From Nitrospirota bacterium (GTDB lineage Bacteria > Nitrospirota > UBA9217), in the NCBI GenBank assembly GCA_963749655.1, contig CAVVOB010000015.1, positions 64,001 to 128,000 of the forward strand: a DNA stretch of 64,000 nt, given 5' to 3'. Both the position numbers and the translations under genes were made by a program. Within the stretch, counting starts at the first letter, position 1, and each line of letters starts with the position of its first letter. The notes under the pieces are model-generated. The model was given only the letters and a program-made list of their open reading frames with translations. It was not told the origin of the DNA and made no database searches. Shown piece after piece: positions 30,976 to 41,851 of this stretch.

Positions 30976-32355
30976 TCAAAGGATCCCAAATCGTTTCATT
31001 CTCCGTCTGAACGCGTCTCGGGGCATCTTCAGCAGCTGGGCTGCTTTCGTCTGGTTGCCGCTTGTCATATCGAGCGCTTTTCGTACCAGTGCGTTTTCGA
31101 CATCCTCGAGGGCCAACCCCGTCTCGGGAATGACGAATCCATCAAGGGAAACAGGGGTGCTCATCGATGATACTTCAGGAGAACGCCCTTCGAGAATTTC
31201 GGGAGAAAGATGTTCCGGTCGGAGCTCGTCGTCGATCTCCAGGATCATCGCCCGTTCGATGACGTTCTTCAACTCCCTCACATTCCCGGGCCAGGAATAG
31301 GTCAGAAGGATCTGTTCCGCCTCCTGCGATATGCCGCGCACATGCTTGTGACACTCCTGGTTGAAATACTCGATGAAATGGTGCGCCAGAAGCAGAATAT
31401 CCCGCCCGCGATCCCTGAGCGGCGGAAGGTTGATCGGCACGACCTGAAGGCGGTAGTAGAGGTCTTTCCGGAAAGTTCCGTCGGTCATGGCCTTTGAAAG
31501 CTCATGGTTCGTAGCCGACACCATCCGGACATCTACTTTGATGTCCTTGACCCCTCCGACCCGCTTAAAGGTCTTCTCCTCCAGCAGCCGGAGCAGTTTG
31601 GCCTGCATGCTCAGGTGCATGTCGCCGATCTCGTCGAGGAATACCGTTCCGCCGTCGGCCAGCTCGAAAAGTCCCTTCTTTGCGTTTTTCGCGTCGGTGA
31701 AAGCGCCTTTTTCGTGGCCCATCAGCTCGCTCTCGAGGAGGTTCACGGGTAAAGCCGCGCAGTTGATCGCCATGAAAGGCTGGTCGCCCCGGGCGCTGCT
31801 GAAATGAATAGCCTTGGCCACCAGCTCCTTGCCCGTTCCGCTTTCTCCCTGGATAAGGACCGTCGTAGCATCGCTCTTTGCTATCTTCAGGATAAGGTTC
31901 TTGATCCGCACCATTTCTTCACATTCGCCGAATATGGCATCTACCCTGCTCCTGCATTCCTGGCGAAGCTGCTTCACCTGAATGCGGAGTGAGCCGGCCT
32001 CCAGAGCCTTCTTTATGACAAAGGTGATCTCTTCCAGGTTAAAGGGCTTGCTCAGATAGTCATAGGCCCCGAGCTTCATGGCCTTGACCGCCGTTTCCAC
32101 CATGCCGTAGGCGGTGATCATGATCACCATGAGACCGCGTTCCTGGACCTTCAAGGTGCTCAGGAGCTCCAGGCCGGTCATTTCCGGAAGACGGTTATCG
32201 AGAAGCACCAGATCAGGCTGGTCCTCGTTGATCAGTTCCAGGCCTTTTTCCGCCGACTCAGCGGTCATGACCTCGTACCCTTCCTTTACCAGGTGCTGTT
32301 CCAGGGTCCACCGGATCAGTTTCTCGTCGTCAATAACCAGGATTTTATGCGCCAT
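30976..32355 (-). CDS. Sigma54-dependent response regulator (NtrC/AtoC family)
   Basis: Receiver domain, GESGTGKE, GAFTDA, WPGNVREL, C-terminal HTH. Confidence 0.93.
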   Translation of the reverse strand: MAHKILVIDDEKLIRWTLEQHLVKEGYEVMTAESAEKGLELINEDQPDLVLLDNRLPEMTGLELLSTLKVQERGLMVIMITAYGMVETAVKAMKLGAYDYLSKPFNLEEITFVIKKALEAGSLRIQVKQLRQECRSRVDAIFGECEEMVRIKNLILKIAKSDATTVLIQGESGTGKELVAKAIHFSSARGDQPFMAINCAALPVNLLESELMGHEKGAFTDAKNAKKGLFELADGGTVFLDEIGDMHLSMQAKLLRLLEEKTFKRVGGVKDIKVDVRMVSATNHELSKAMTDGTFRKDLYYRLQVVPINLPPLRDRGRDILLLAHHFIEYFNQECHKHVRGISQEAEQILLTYSWPGNVRELKNVIERAMILEIDDELRPEHLSPEILEGRSPEVSSMSTPVSLDGFVIPETGLALEDVENALVRKALDMTSGNQTKAAQLLKMPRDAFRRRMKRFGIL

Positions 32356-32370
32356 AGTCAGGTGCTCCTC

Positions 32371-33849
32371 TTATGCTCGGTCGTTCCGAGGGTACGGGAA
32401 CGTAATGATGAAGCTCGCCCCCTTCCCCGGGGTGCTGATCACGTTGATCTCGCCCCCATGCTGCTCGATAATTCGCTGGGTGATCGACAGGCCGAGCCCT
32501 GTTCCCTGCTGTCGGGTCGTGAAAAAGGGATTGAATATCCGGCCGAGATTTTCAACGGAGATGCCTTTCCCCGAGTCCGTGAAGGTTACTTCCACCGATC
32601 CCGCGCTCTCCCCCCCGGGCTTGTACGCCCTTGTTTCCACCAGGAACGTACCGCCCTCGGGCATTGCCTGGATGGCGTTCAGCGCGATATTAATGAGCGC
32701 CTGCTGAATAAGGTCCGGATCGAGCGTCAGCCAGGGCAGTCCCGGAGAAAGCTTCCGTTCGGCGGCTATTCCGTTCTTGGCGAACTGGGGCGCAAGGAAA
32801 TCGTGAATCTTGCTGATCAGCTCGTTGATGTCCACCAGGGTCATCTTCGGTTCGGGCGGTCTCGCAAAGGAGAGCAGGTTGCGCACCGCCTTGTCCATGC
32901 GTTCCACCTGCGACAGGACTTCTTCCAGCACCACCCGCTTCTGGTCACCCACAGCCTGGTCCTTCTTGAGCACCTGGATAACGCCGGCTATTCCCGCCAG
33001 GGGGTTCTTGATCTCGTGGGCGATGCCTGCGGCCATCTCGCCGATGGAAGCCAGCCGGTCCGCCCGCTTCATCTGCTCATAGTGGTACCGTTCAACACGC
33101 CTTCGCGCCCGCTCCAGTTTTGTCAGGAGCGAATTGAAGGCTTCGCCCAGCCGGCCGATGTCGTCGGAGCTCTTGACGTCGACGCGGGCTTCAAGTCCGC
33201 GTTCCGCGCGTTCCATCGTGACGATCAATTCCTGAATAGGGTCCGTCACGAAATGCGTCAGAAACAGGGACAGAGAGACTGCCAGGATCGCCGTTACGCC
33301 GAAAGCCCAGAGAAACATCGTCTTGCTCAGTTCGCCGACCTTCTCCTGGGTCTGGGCCATGGAGACGTCCACGGCCAGAATGCCGTTCAACTTGACCTTC
33401 GTACCGTGGCAGTGAAAGCAGCGGGCGTCGTTCTCGATGGGGAACAGAACGGAAAAAATGCCCTCTTCCCGCCGCTTGATCGGCTTCTTGAATTTGCTCG
33501 CAAGAAACCATTTTTGCGTAAAGGCATCCACTCTCCTGCCGATCATCCACGGTTTGGAGGATTTCAGGACGACCCCATTGGGGCTGAAAATCTTCACTTC
33601 CTGGATATTGTGGTACCCGCCGACCGCCTCCAGGATGTGCTGGACCTCTTTGCTTTTTCCGTCCAGCATGGCGTTAGCCAGGCTTCGATCGATCGTATTG
33701 GAAATGATCAGGACGTTGTCTTCGAGGGAGTCTTCCATCTGGGCGCGCTGATACCGGATGTTGATCCAGGTGCCCAGTCCGATGGTCACCGCAAGGATCG
33801 CTGAAACGGAAATAATGATCTTGCTTTTGAGGCTGGAGATGATCGTCAC
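32371..33849 (-). CDS. Sensor histidine kinase with periplasmic c-heme motif and HAMP domain
   Basis: Two TMs, periplasmic CFHCH, AHEIKNPL, NAIQAM, GTGLGL. The GTG start overlaps the pyrD stop (GTGA). Confidence 0.88.
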   Translation of the reverse strand: MTIISSLKSKIIISVSAILAVTIGLGTWINIRYQRAQMEDSLEDNVLIISNTIDRSLANAMLDGKSKEVQHILEAVGGYHNIQEVKIFSPNGVVLKSSKPWMIGRRVDAFTQKWFLASKFKKPIKRREEGIFSVLFPIENDARCFHCHGTKVKLNGILAVDVSMAQTQEKVGELSKTMFLWAFGVTAILAVSLSLFLTHFVTDPIQELIVTMERAERGLEARVDVKSSDDIGRLGEAFNSLLTKLERARRRVERYHYEQMKRADRLASIGEMAAGIAHEIKNPLAGIAGVIQVLKKDQAVGDQKRVVLEEVLSQVERMDKAVRNLLSFARPPEPKMTLVDINELISKIHDFLAPQFAKNGIAAERKLSPGLPWLTLDPDLIQQALINIALNAIQAMPEGGTFLVETRAYKPGGESAGSVEVTFTDSGKGISVENLGRIFNPFFTTRQQGTGLGLSITQRIIEQHGGEINVISTPGKGASFIITFPYPRNDRA

Positions 33850-34808
33850 CCTGCATTTACCCTGCCGATGAGATCGGCAAGTCTCCCTGCGCCCTGTTCC
33901 TGCAGCACCTGTTCCATCCCGGCGAGCACGTCGAGGGTCGCGCGGGGATTGACGAAGTTCGCCGTTCCGACGGCGACGGCTGTGGCGCCCGCCAGGATGA
34001 ATTCCAGGGCGTCCTCGCCGTTCATGATGCCGCCCATGCCGATGATCGGCAGGGGGACCGCTTTCGCCGTCTGCCAGACCATGCGGACAGCCACGGGCCT
34101 GATCGCCGGTCCGGACAGGCCGCCGGTGCAGTTCGCGAGACGCGGCTTCCCGCACCTCACATCGATCGCCATGCCGAGCAGCGTGTTGATGAGGGACAAT
34201 CCGTCGCAACCCGCGTCGCGCGCCGCCTTGGCGAACTCGGTGATATCGGTCACGTTCGGCGACAGCTTGGCGATGACAGGCAGCTTTGTGGCTTTCCTTA
34301 CCGCGGACAGAAGCTCAAAGGCCGCTGAAAGGTTCGTGCCGAATACGATGCCGCCCGCTTTTACGTTCGGACAGGAGATGTTCACTTCGAGTCCGGCGAT
34401 GCCGGGGACATCGCTGAGGCGCTCGGCCACGCCGACGTAGTCTTCGAGGCTGTATCCGAAGATGTTCACGATCACCGCCGTATCGAAATTCCGAAGGTAC
34501 GGCATCTTCCGGGTGATGAACACTTCGACACCGGGGTTTTCGAGCCCGATCGCGTTCAGCATTCCCGACGGTGTTTCCCAGATCCGCGGCGGCGGGTTCC
34601 CCTTGATCGGTTTGAGCGAGACGCCCTTGACGATCACGCCCCCGAGCTTGTTCAGATCGACGAATTCCGAAAATTCATCGCCGTAGCCGAAGGTGCCGGA
34701 GGCCGTCAGCACGGGGTTCTTCAGCCTGATGCCGGCAAAATCGACCGAGAGGTCGGGCTTCGTGATTGCGGATTGCGAATTGCGAATTGCGGATTTTTTA
34801 TCCTTCAT
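33846..34808 (-). CDS. pyrD: Dihydroorotate dehydrogenase B catalytic subunit
   Basis: NPVLTASGTFG, NAIGLENPG, NISCPNV, KLSPNVTDI, GGLSGPAI. Confidence 0.93.
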   Translation of the reverse strand: MKDKKSAIRNSQSAITKPDLSVDFAGIRLKNPVLTASGTFGYGDEFSEFVDLNKLGGVIVKGVSLKPIKGNPPPRIWETPSGMLNAIGLENPGVEVFITRKMPYLRNFDTAVIVNIFGYSLEDYVGVAERLSDVPGIAGLEVNISCPNVKAGGIVFGTNLSAAFELLSAVRKATKLPVIAKLSPNVTDITEFAKAARDAGCDGLSLINTLLGMAIDVRCGKPRLANCTGGLSGPAIRPVAVRMVWQTAKAVPLPIIGMGGIMNGEDALEFILAGATAVAVGTANFVNPRATLDVLAGMEQVLQEQGAGRLADLIGRVNAG

Positions 34809-34929
34809 TTCGCACATCCCCTCGGTATCGTACAAGAAGCACGGCCTCTTCCGCAATCGATCCTTGTAAATCCACATCCGCAGCACTCCACATCTCCTAA
34901 TTCGCGATCCGCAATTCGAAATCCGCAAT
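34764..34929. repeat. 7-bp-periodic inverted repeat (ttgcgra)n / (tycgcaa)n overlapping the pyrD 5' end
   Basis: gattgcggattgcgaattgcgaattgcggatt ... tcgcgatccgcaattcgaaatccgcaat. Confidence 0.7.
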
Positions 34930-34939
34930 TGAAAAGCTA

Positions 34940-35764
34940 CTATTTCCTCTGCGGCATCGGCAGTTTCACCTGCTCCGCCCACTCGATCTCCCTGGAATCG
35001 AACACCGGTCCGTCCTTGCACACGCGTTTATAGCCGCCGGCTTTTACTCCGACCGAGCATCCCATACACGCGCCGAGGCCGCAGGCCATGCGTTCTTCCA
35101 TGGAGACATAGCAGGAAATCGAGTGTTCCGCCGCGATCCTGCTGACCGCCGAGAGCATCGCATGGGGCCCGCAGGCATAGATCGCGAGATGGGCTTTTGT
35201 TTCAATCTTCTCGAGAAAGGCATTCAGCAGGTCGGTGGACATCCCCTGGCGGCCTGAGCTCCCGTCTTCGGTTGCGATGTGAACTTTCGCGGTGTGGTCT
35301 TTGATGCTTTTCAGTACCCCGGCCGGCGGCAGGCATTCCCTGTTGCGCGCACCGGCAAAAAAATGCGCCGTCTTCCCGGCCCGGAGAGCAAAAAAATGAA
35401 GTGGCGGGAATCCGCTCCCCCCGGCGATGAGCAGCGGTACCAGGCCGCGCGGCGGGAGGGGAAAACCGTTGCCGATCGGTCCGAGCAGGGCAAGACTCTG
35501 CCCTTTTTCGATCCGCGTGAGCAAGGTCGTACCCCTGCCAACGACGCGGTAAAAGATCTCGATTGATGTTCTGGACAATACGGAGGAAATACCGAAGGGA
35601 CGCGCCAGGAGCGGATCCAGGTTCTCCGACACCCTCAGCATGACGAACTGGCCGGGAATGGCGGCTGCGGCCGTTTCCGGGGCATGGAGCACAAGCCGAT
35701 AGTAGCCCCGACCGGCGGCCTGATGAGAACGCACGACGGCCTGGTGAAACCTACTCGACGGCAA
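34940..35764 (-). CDS. pyrK: Dihydroorotate dehydrogenase electron-transfer subunit
   Basis: PGQFVML, RPFGI, GPIGNGF, MACGLGACMGC...RVCKDGPVF 2Fe-2S motif. Probable TTG start. Confidence 0.9.
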   Translation of the reverse strand: MPSSRFHQAVVRSHQAAGRGYYRLVLHAPETAAAAIPGQFVMLRVSENLDPLLARPFGISSVLSRTSIEIFYRVVGRGTTLLTRIEKGQSLALLGPIGNGFPLPPRGLVPLLIAGGSGFPPLHFFALRAGKTAHFFAGARNRECLPPAGVLKSIKDHTAKVHIATEDGSSGRQGMSTDLLNAFLEKIETKAHLAIYACGPHAMLSAVSRIAAEHSISCYVSMEERMACGLGACMGCSVGVKAGGYKRVCKDGPVFDSREIEWAEQVKLPMPQRK

Positions 35765-36233
35765 TCTCGATCTCCTGTATCTCATACTCCACGGTCTTTG
35801 CAGGCGTCTTGATCGTGACCACATCGCCCACCTTGTGAGTGATGAGCGCCTTGCCTACAGGAGACTGGACCGATATTTTCCCCTTCTTGAGGTCGGCTTC
35901 CTCCTGCCCCACGAGCGTATATTTCTTGATATCGCCGGAGTCCGTGTCGGCGAGCGTGACCGTCGAGCCGAACACGACCTTTTCGTTCGTGAGCTTGGAG
36001 ACGTCGATGATCTGGGCGTGCGAAAGCTTGTTCTCGAGCTCGCGTTTCTTGGCGTCGAGATGCCCCTGCCGCTCCTTGGCGGCGTGGTACTCGGCGTTCT
36101 CGGAGAGATCGCCGTGCGCCCGGGCCTCTTCGATGTCCCTGATGTTCTTGGGGCGCTCGATTTTCATGATGCGATCGAGCTCCTGCTTGAGCTTGGCGTA
36201 GCCCTCTTTCGTCATGGGAATCTTCTGCGTCAT
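35751..36233 (-). CDS. greA: Transcription elongation factor GreA
   Basis: [29 protein letters not shown]. Confidence 0.95.
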   Translation of the reverse strand: MTQKIPMTKEGYAKLKQELDRIMKIERPKNIRDIEEARAHGDLSENAEYHAAKERQGHLDAKKRELENKLSHAQIIDVSKLTNEKVVFGSTVTLADTDSGDIKKYTLVGQEEADLKKGKISVQSPVGKALITHKVGDVVTIKTPAKTVEYEIQEIEIAVE

Positions 36234-39200
36234 ATTCTGTGATACTCCTGAATGGACTTGACGGTTATGGCGTTCTTTTTGATCTCCGCGATGCCCCGTA
36301 CTGCCGCTTTTGCAGCGGAGATAGTCGTGAAATAAGGCACCCCCTTCATGAGGGTGGTCCTTCTGATCGAGTAGGAGTCCTTCTGTGACTGGGCGCCGGA
36401 GACCGTGTTGATCACCAGGTCGATCTGCATGTCCGTGATCTGGTCGACGATGTGCGGCCGCCCCTCGGTCACCTTGTTCACGGTCTCGACGGTAATGCCC
36501 CTCTTGCGCAGGTAGTCGGCCGTGCCCCTCGTTGCCACGATGGTGAAGCCCGACCGTTCCAGACCCTGCGCCACTTCGAGCAGGCCCGCTTTGTCCTTGT
36601 CCTTGACGCTCAGGAACACGCGGCCGGAAACGGGCATGGGATTGCCTGCCGCTATCTGGGACTTGGCGAACGACATGCCGAAGTCCATGTCGATCCCCAT
36701 GACCTCGCCGGTGGACTTCATCTCCGGCCCCAGGAGCGTGTCCACTCCCGGGAACTTTGCAAAGGGGAAGACCGCTTCCTTGACCGCAATGTGCTTGATG
36801 CTGACCGTCTTGGTGAAACCGAGCTGCGTCAATGTTTTTCCGGCCATGACCCTCGCCGCCAGCTTGGCCAGCGGCACGCCGATCGCCTTGCTGACGAAGG
36901 GAACGGTGCGGGACGCCCGGGGGTTGACCTCGAGGACGTAAATGCGGCCTTCCTTCACCGCGAACTGGATGTTCATGAGCCCGACGACGCCCAGTTCCAG
37001 CGCCAGCGCTTTGGCCTGGCGGTCGATGTCCTGGATGATCGGCTGGGGCAGCGAGAAGGGAGGCAGCGAACACGCCGAATCGCCGGAGTGGACGCCGGCC
37101 TCTTCGATGTGCTCCATGATGCCGGCGACAACCACCGCGGTCCCGTCGGAAATTGCGTCCACATCGATCTCGACGGCGTCTTCCAGATACTTGTCCACGA
37201 GCACCGGCCGTTCGGGCGAGGCCTTCACGGCGCGGGACATGTAGTTGCGGAGGCTGTCTTCGTCGTAGACGATCTCCATGGCCCGTCCGCCCAGCACGTA
37301 GGACGGCCGCACCATGACGGGGTAGCCTATGCGGTTCGCCGCGTCCACGGCCTCGTCGCACGACACCGCCGTTCCGCTCTCGGCCTGCAGGAGTCCGAGC
37401 TTGTCGAGGAGTTCCTTGAAGCGCTTCCGGTCCTCGGCCCGGTCGATGCTGTCGGGAGTCGTGCCGAGAATGCGTACCCCCGCCTGCTCGAGCGGCACTG
37501 CGAGCTTCAGCGGCGTCTGGCCGCCGAACTGGACGATGACGCCCACCGGCTTTTCCCGGTGTATAATATGTAAAACATCTTCCAGTGTCAAGGGTTCAAA
37601 ATACAGGCGGTCCGAGGTGTCATAGTCGGTGCTCACGGTCTCGGGGTTGCAGTTCACCATGATCGTTTCGAAGCCGTCGTCCTTGAGCGCGAACGCCGCG
37701 TGCACGCAGCAGTAATCGAACTCGATCCCCTGCCCGATCCGGTTCGGCCCCCCGCCCAGGATGACGATCTTCTTCCGGTCCGTCGGATTTGCCTCGCATT
37801 CGGCTTTCTGGAGTCGCGTACCGCCTGCCCCTGTAAGGGCGAACGGCCGTTCGCCCATACCGTATAAAACGGCTTTTCATAGGTGGAATACAGATAGGGC
37901 GTATGGGCCTCGAACTCCGCGGCGCAGGTGTCCACGGTCTTAAAAACCGGCAGGATGCCCAGCTCATAGCGCTTTTTCCTCACCGCATCCTCGGTCGTGG
38001 TGAACAGCCTGGCGAGTCTGCGGTCCGAGAAGCCGTATTCCTTTGCCTTGCGGAGCGGATGGTCGAGAGAGGGATTGGCGTCGCCCAGGATCTGCGAGGC
38101 ATTGTTCCGGAGTTCCTTTTCCATATCCGTGATCTGTTTTATCTGATAGAGGAACCAGGGATCGATCTTGGAAAGGCCGAACACCTCTTCGACGGTCATG
38201 CCCGTGCGGAAACCGTCGGCGATGTACCAGATCCGCTCCCAGTTGGGCACGCTGATTTTCTGCCTGATGTCGGCGACATCGTGCTCCCCGTCTCCGTCGC
38301 GGTCGCGGCGGGATTCGAATCCGTAGCGGTCGATCTCGAGCGACCGGAGGGCCTTTTGGAGCGACTCCTTGAACGTGCGGCCGATGGACATCGCCTCTCC
38401 CACGGATTTCATCTGCGTCGTGAGCGTGGCGTCCGCCTGGGGGAATTTTTCGAAGGCAAAGCGCGGGAATTTGACGACCACATAGTCGATCGTGGGCTCG
38501 AAGGACGCCGGCGTGGCCTTGGTGATGTCGTTCGTGATCTCGTCGAGCGTGAAGCCGACGGCAAGTTTTGCGGCGATCTTGGCGATGGCGAATCCCGTTG
38601 CTTTGGAAGCCAGCGCCGAGCTTCGCGACACGCGCGGGTTCATTTCGATAACGACGATCCGGCCGTCGTCGGGATTGACCCCGAACTGGATGTTCGATCC
38701 GCCGGTGTCCACGCCGATCTCCCGGATGATCCTGAGAGAGGCGTCGCGCATAAGCTGGTATTCCTTGTCCGTCAGGGTCTGCGCCGGCGCCACGGTGATA
38801 CTGTCGCCGGTATGGATGCCCATGGGGTCGAAGTTCTCGATGGAGCAGACGATGACCACATTGTCCTTGGTGTCCCGCATCACCTCGAGCTCGAATTCCT
38901 TCCAACCGACCACGGACTCCTCGATCAGCACCTGATGGACCGGGCTTGCCTCGAGTCCTCTCGTGATCAGTTCGGTGAACTCCTCCCGGTTGTAGGCGAT
39001 GCCGCCGCCCGTTCCGCCGAGGGTGAATGCCGGCCGCAGGATCGCGGGAAACCCGATCTGCTCCAGGATCACGTATGCCTGTTCCCGGCTCGTGGCAAAC
39101 CCGCTCTTCGGCACTTCCAGGCCGATATGCTCCATGGCCTTTTTGAAGAGCTCGCGGTCCTCCGCCTTCTTGATCGCCGGAAGCTTTGCGCCGATCAATT

Positions 39201-39540
39201 CCACGTTGTGCTTCGCCAATGCGCCGGACTCGGCAAGGGCAACGGCCGTGTTGAGCGCTGTCTGGCCCCCCATGGTCGGCAGCAGTGCATCGGGCCGCTC
39301 GCGCTCGATGATCTTCTCCACTACTTCCGGCGTGATGGGCTCGATATAGGTACGGTGCGCCATCTCGGGGTCCGTCATGATCGTGGCGGGGTTGGAGTTG
39401 ACGAGCACGATCTCGTACCCCTCCTCCTTGAGCGCCTTGCAGGCCTGCACGCCCGAGTAGTCGAACTCGCAGGCCTGTCCGATCACGATCGGCCCCGCGC
39501 CGATGATCAGGATTTTTTTAATGTCGGTTCTCTTCGGCAT
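36230..39540 (-). CDS. carB: Carbamoyl-phosphate synthase large subunit (frameshift near 37830)
   Basis: [30 protein letters not shown]. The second half has [17 protein letters not shown] and an MGS domain. Confidence 0.93.
37833..37860. repeat. REP-type palindrome inside carB
   Basis: gtaagggcgaacggccgttcgcccatac, with a perfect 20-bp palindromic core. Confidence 0.7.
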
Positions 39541-39596
39541 TTATCCCTTCCTCAACTCTAAACTCTAAACTCAGAACTCAAAACTTATAACTGCTG

Positions 39597-40499
39597 TTAA
39601 AACTCCTGCACCCACCCGTTCTCCAGTCCGTACTGCTGCATGATCCGGTAGGCCTCATCATACTCCCCAGCCGTGACCCTTCGCGACAGGTTCTTGAATT
39701 CATGCGCCCGGAAGGCGGGAAAGTACTGGGACATGAGGCTGATATGCACGTCCTTTGAAATCTCTTCCGACAGGAACTGCATTACTTCTTTCGTGCCCGA
39801 CAAACCGCTCGGCAGAACGAGGTGACGTACGATCAGACCGCGTTTCGCGATGCCGCTGCCGTCGAGCTCGAGATTGCCGACCTGCCGGAACATTTCCCGC
39901 ACCGCGGCCCGGTTGACTTCAGGATAATTCGGCGCAATCGAATACTTCATTGCCGCCGCCCCGATCCCGTACCGCATGTCGGGAAGATAGATATCGACGA
40001 TGCCGTCGAGCAGCCGGAGCGACTCTACCGAATCGTATCCGCTCGTGTTGTATACGATCGGGAGATGGAAATCCCGCTCCCTGGCGATGGCGAGAGCACG
40101 CAGGATCTGCGGCATGAAGTGCGTCGGCGTCACCAGGTTCAGGTTGTGGCACCCCTGCTCCTGGAGCCAGAGCATCTGACAGGCAAGCTCTCCCGGCGTC
40201 CGCTCCGCGCCGTTGCCCATCTGGCTGATGGGATAGTTCTGGCAATAAACGCACTTCAGGTTGCAGTTGGTGAAAAAGACCGTGCCCGAGCCTTTCGTGC
40301 CTGACAGCGGAGGCTCCTCACCGTGATGAGGGCTGACGCTGGAGATCACGGGGTTCAGGCCCGACCGGCAGAAGCCGAGTTTGTCGTTCTTCAGCCGGTT
40401 CACCCCGCATTCGCGGGGGCAGACGCGGCAGGACTCGAGGAAAGCATATGCTGTCTCGATCCGCTTTTGTAATTCCCCTTGTGAAACCTGCACTGCCAT
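39597..40499 (-). CDS. Radical SAM protein (PflX-like)
   Basis: CRVCPRECGVNR, HHGEEPP, CNLKCVYCQN, RHLVLP. Confidence 0.88.
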   Translation of the reverse strand: MAVQVSQGELQKRIETAYAFLESCRVCPRECGVNRLKNDKLGFCRSGLNPVISSVSPHHGEEPPLSGTKGSGTVFFTNCNLKCVYCQNYPISQMGNGAERTPGELACQMLWLQEQGCHNLNLVTPTHFMPQILRALAIARERDFHLPIVYNTSGYDSVESLRLLDGIVDIYLPDMRYGIGAAAMKYSIAPNYPEVNRAAVREMFRQVGNLELDGSGIAKRGLIVRHLVLPSGLSGTKEVMQFLSEEISKDVHISLMSQYFPAFRAHEFKNLSRRVTAGEYDEAYRIMQQYGLENGWVQEF

Positions 40500-40509
40500 G
40501 ATTCTCTTC

Positions 40510-40681
40510 AACCACGGATGAACACAGATGAGCACGGATATAACACTACAGCTCTTTCTGTGGTCTCAGTGGTCGCTCAATAAATTTATAAATTTGTCCG
40601 AATGAAGCTGCTTCTTTGCCGTTAACAGGCAAATGGGAATTTTTTCGCCTTATCAGTGTTCATCCGTGTTCATCTGTGGTT
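40510..40681. repeat. 9-bp-periodic inverted repeat element
   Basis: aaccacggatgaacacagatgagcacggata ... tatcagtgttcatccgtgttcatctgtggtt. Confidence 0.75.
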
Positions 40682-41807
40682 AAGCTGGACTTTTAAACTT
40701 CTCCATCATATCCACGAACCGCTGGAACAGGTATCTGCTGTCGTGCGGCCCCGGCGAAGCCTCGGGATGGTACTGCACGGAGAACGCGGGCAGGGTCTTG
40801 TGCTGCATCCCTTCGCAGGTCTTGTCGTTCAGGTTCATGTGGGTCATGACGACCTGGTCTTTCACCGTTTCCATGTCCACGGCGAAGCCGTGATTTTCCG
40901 CCGCAATCTCGACCTTGCGGGTCGTCAGGTCCATGATCGGCTGGTTGCCGCCATGGTGGCCGAACTTGAGCTTGTAGGTCTTCCCGCCCAGGGCAAGGCC
41001 CAGGAGCTGCTGCCCCAGGCAGATGCCGAAAACCGGTTTCTTGCCCAGGATCTTCCTGATATTTTCGACGGCGTAGGTGACCGGCTCGGGATCGCCCGGC
41101 CCGTTGGAGAGGAACACTCCGTCGGGATTCATCCCGAGCACCTCTTCCGCCGGCATGGTTGCGGGAACAACCGTCACATCGCAGCCGGCCTGCGTCAGAA
41201 GCCGAAGGATATTCCGCTTGATGCCGTAGTCGTAGGCGACGACCCGGTACCGCGTTGCCGGCTTCTTCCCGTATCCGGAGGCAAGGTCCCAGTCCGCTTC
41301 GTCCCAGTGATAGGGCTCCTTGCAGGTGACCTCCCGGGCAAGGTCGAGTCCGCTCATCTTCGGCAGCTTCCCCGCTTTTGCAAAAAGGCTCCCGGGATCC
41401 AGGTCTTTGGTCGAAATGACGCCGGGCTGGGCGCCGAAATCGCGGAGATGGCGCGTCAGGGCGCGGGTGTCGATACCGTGGATCCCGACGATGCCGTGGG
41501 CCTTCAGATAGTCGTGGAGCGTCCGCTTCATGCGCCAGTTGCTCGGCATGTCCATATATTCCTTCGCGATGAAGCCCTCGACATAAGGCTTGCCGGACTC
41601 TACGTCCTCGTCGTTGACGCCGTAGTTCCCTATCTGAGGGTAGGTCATCGTGACGATCTGGCCCTTGTACGACGGGTCAGTCAGGATCTCCTGGTATCCC
41701 GTCATGCTCGTGTTGAACACCACCTCACCCGAGGTCTCGCCCTCGGCGCCGAAGGAATATCCTTCGAAGACCGGTCCGTCCGCCAATGCAAGTATTGCCT
41801 TTTTCAT
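40680..41807 (-). CDS. carA: Carbamoyl-phosphate synthase small subunit
   Basis: GEVVFNTSMTGYQE, SNGPGDP, GICLGQQ, QYHPEASPGP. Confidence 0.95.
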   Translation of the reverse strand: MKKAILALADGPVFEGYSFGAEGETSGEVVFNTSMTGYQEILTDPSYKGQIVTMTYPQIGNYGVNDEDVESGKPYVEGFIAKEYMDMPSNWRMKRTLHDYLKAHGIVGIHGIDTRALTRHLRDFGAQPGVISTKDLDPGSLFAKAGKLPKMSGLDLAREVTCKEPYHWDEADWDLASGYGKKPATRYRVVAYDYGIKRNILRLLTQAGCDVTVVPATMPAEEVLGMNPDGVFLSNGPGDPEPVTYAVENIRKILGKKPVFGICLGQQLLGLALGGKTYKLKFGHHGGNQPIMDLTTRKVEIAAENHGFAVDMETVKDQVVMTHMNLNDKTCEGMQHKTLPAFSVQYHPEASPGPHDSRYLFQRFVDMMEKFKSPA

Positions 41808-41851
41808 TCGTTTTCTATCCTTCGATAAACCGTGATCGCAGGGCAGGCGCT

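Noticed and set aside
37903-39561. Long antisense ORFs (also 32293..33804, 36452..37573, 40656..41828)
   Set aside because: They are shadows of well-supported genes in GC-rich DNA and have no recognisable motifs.
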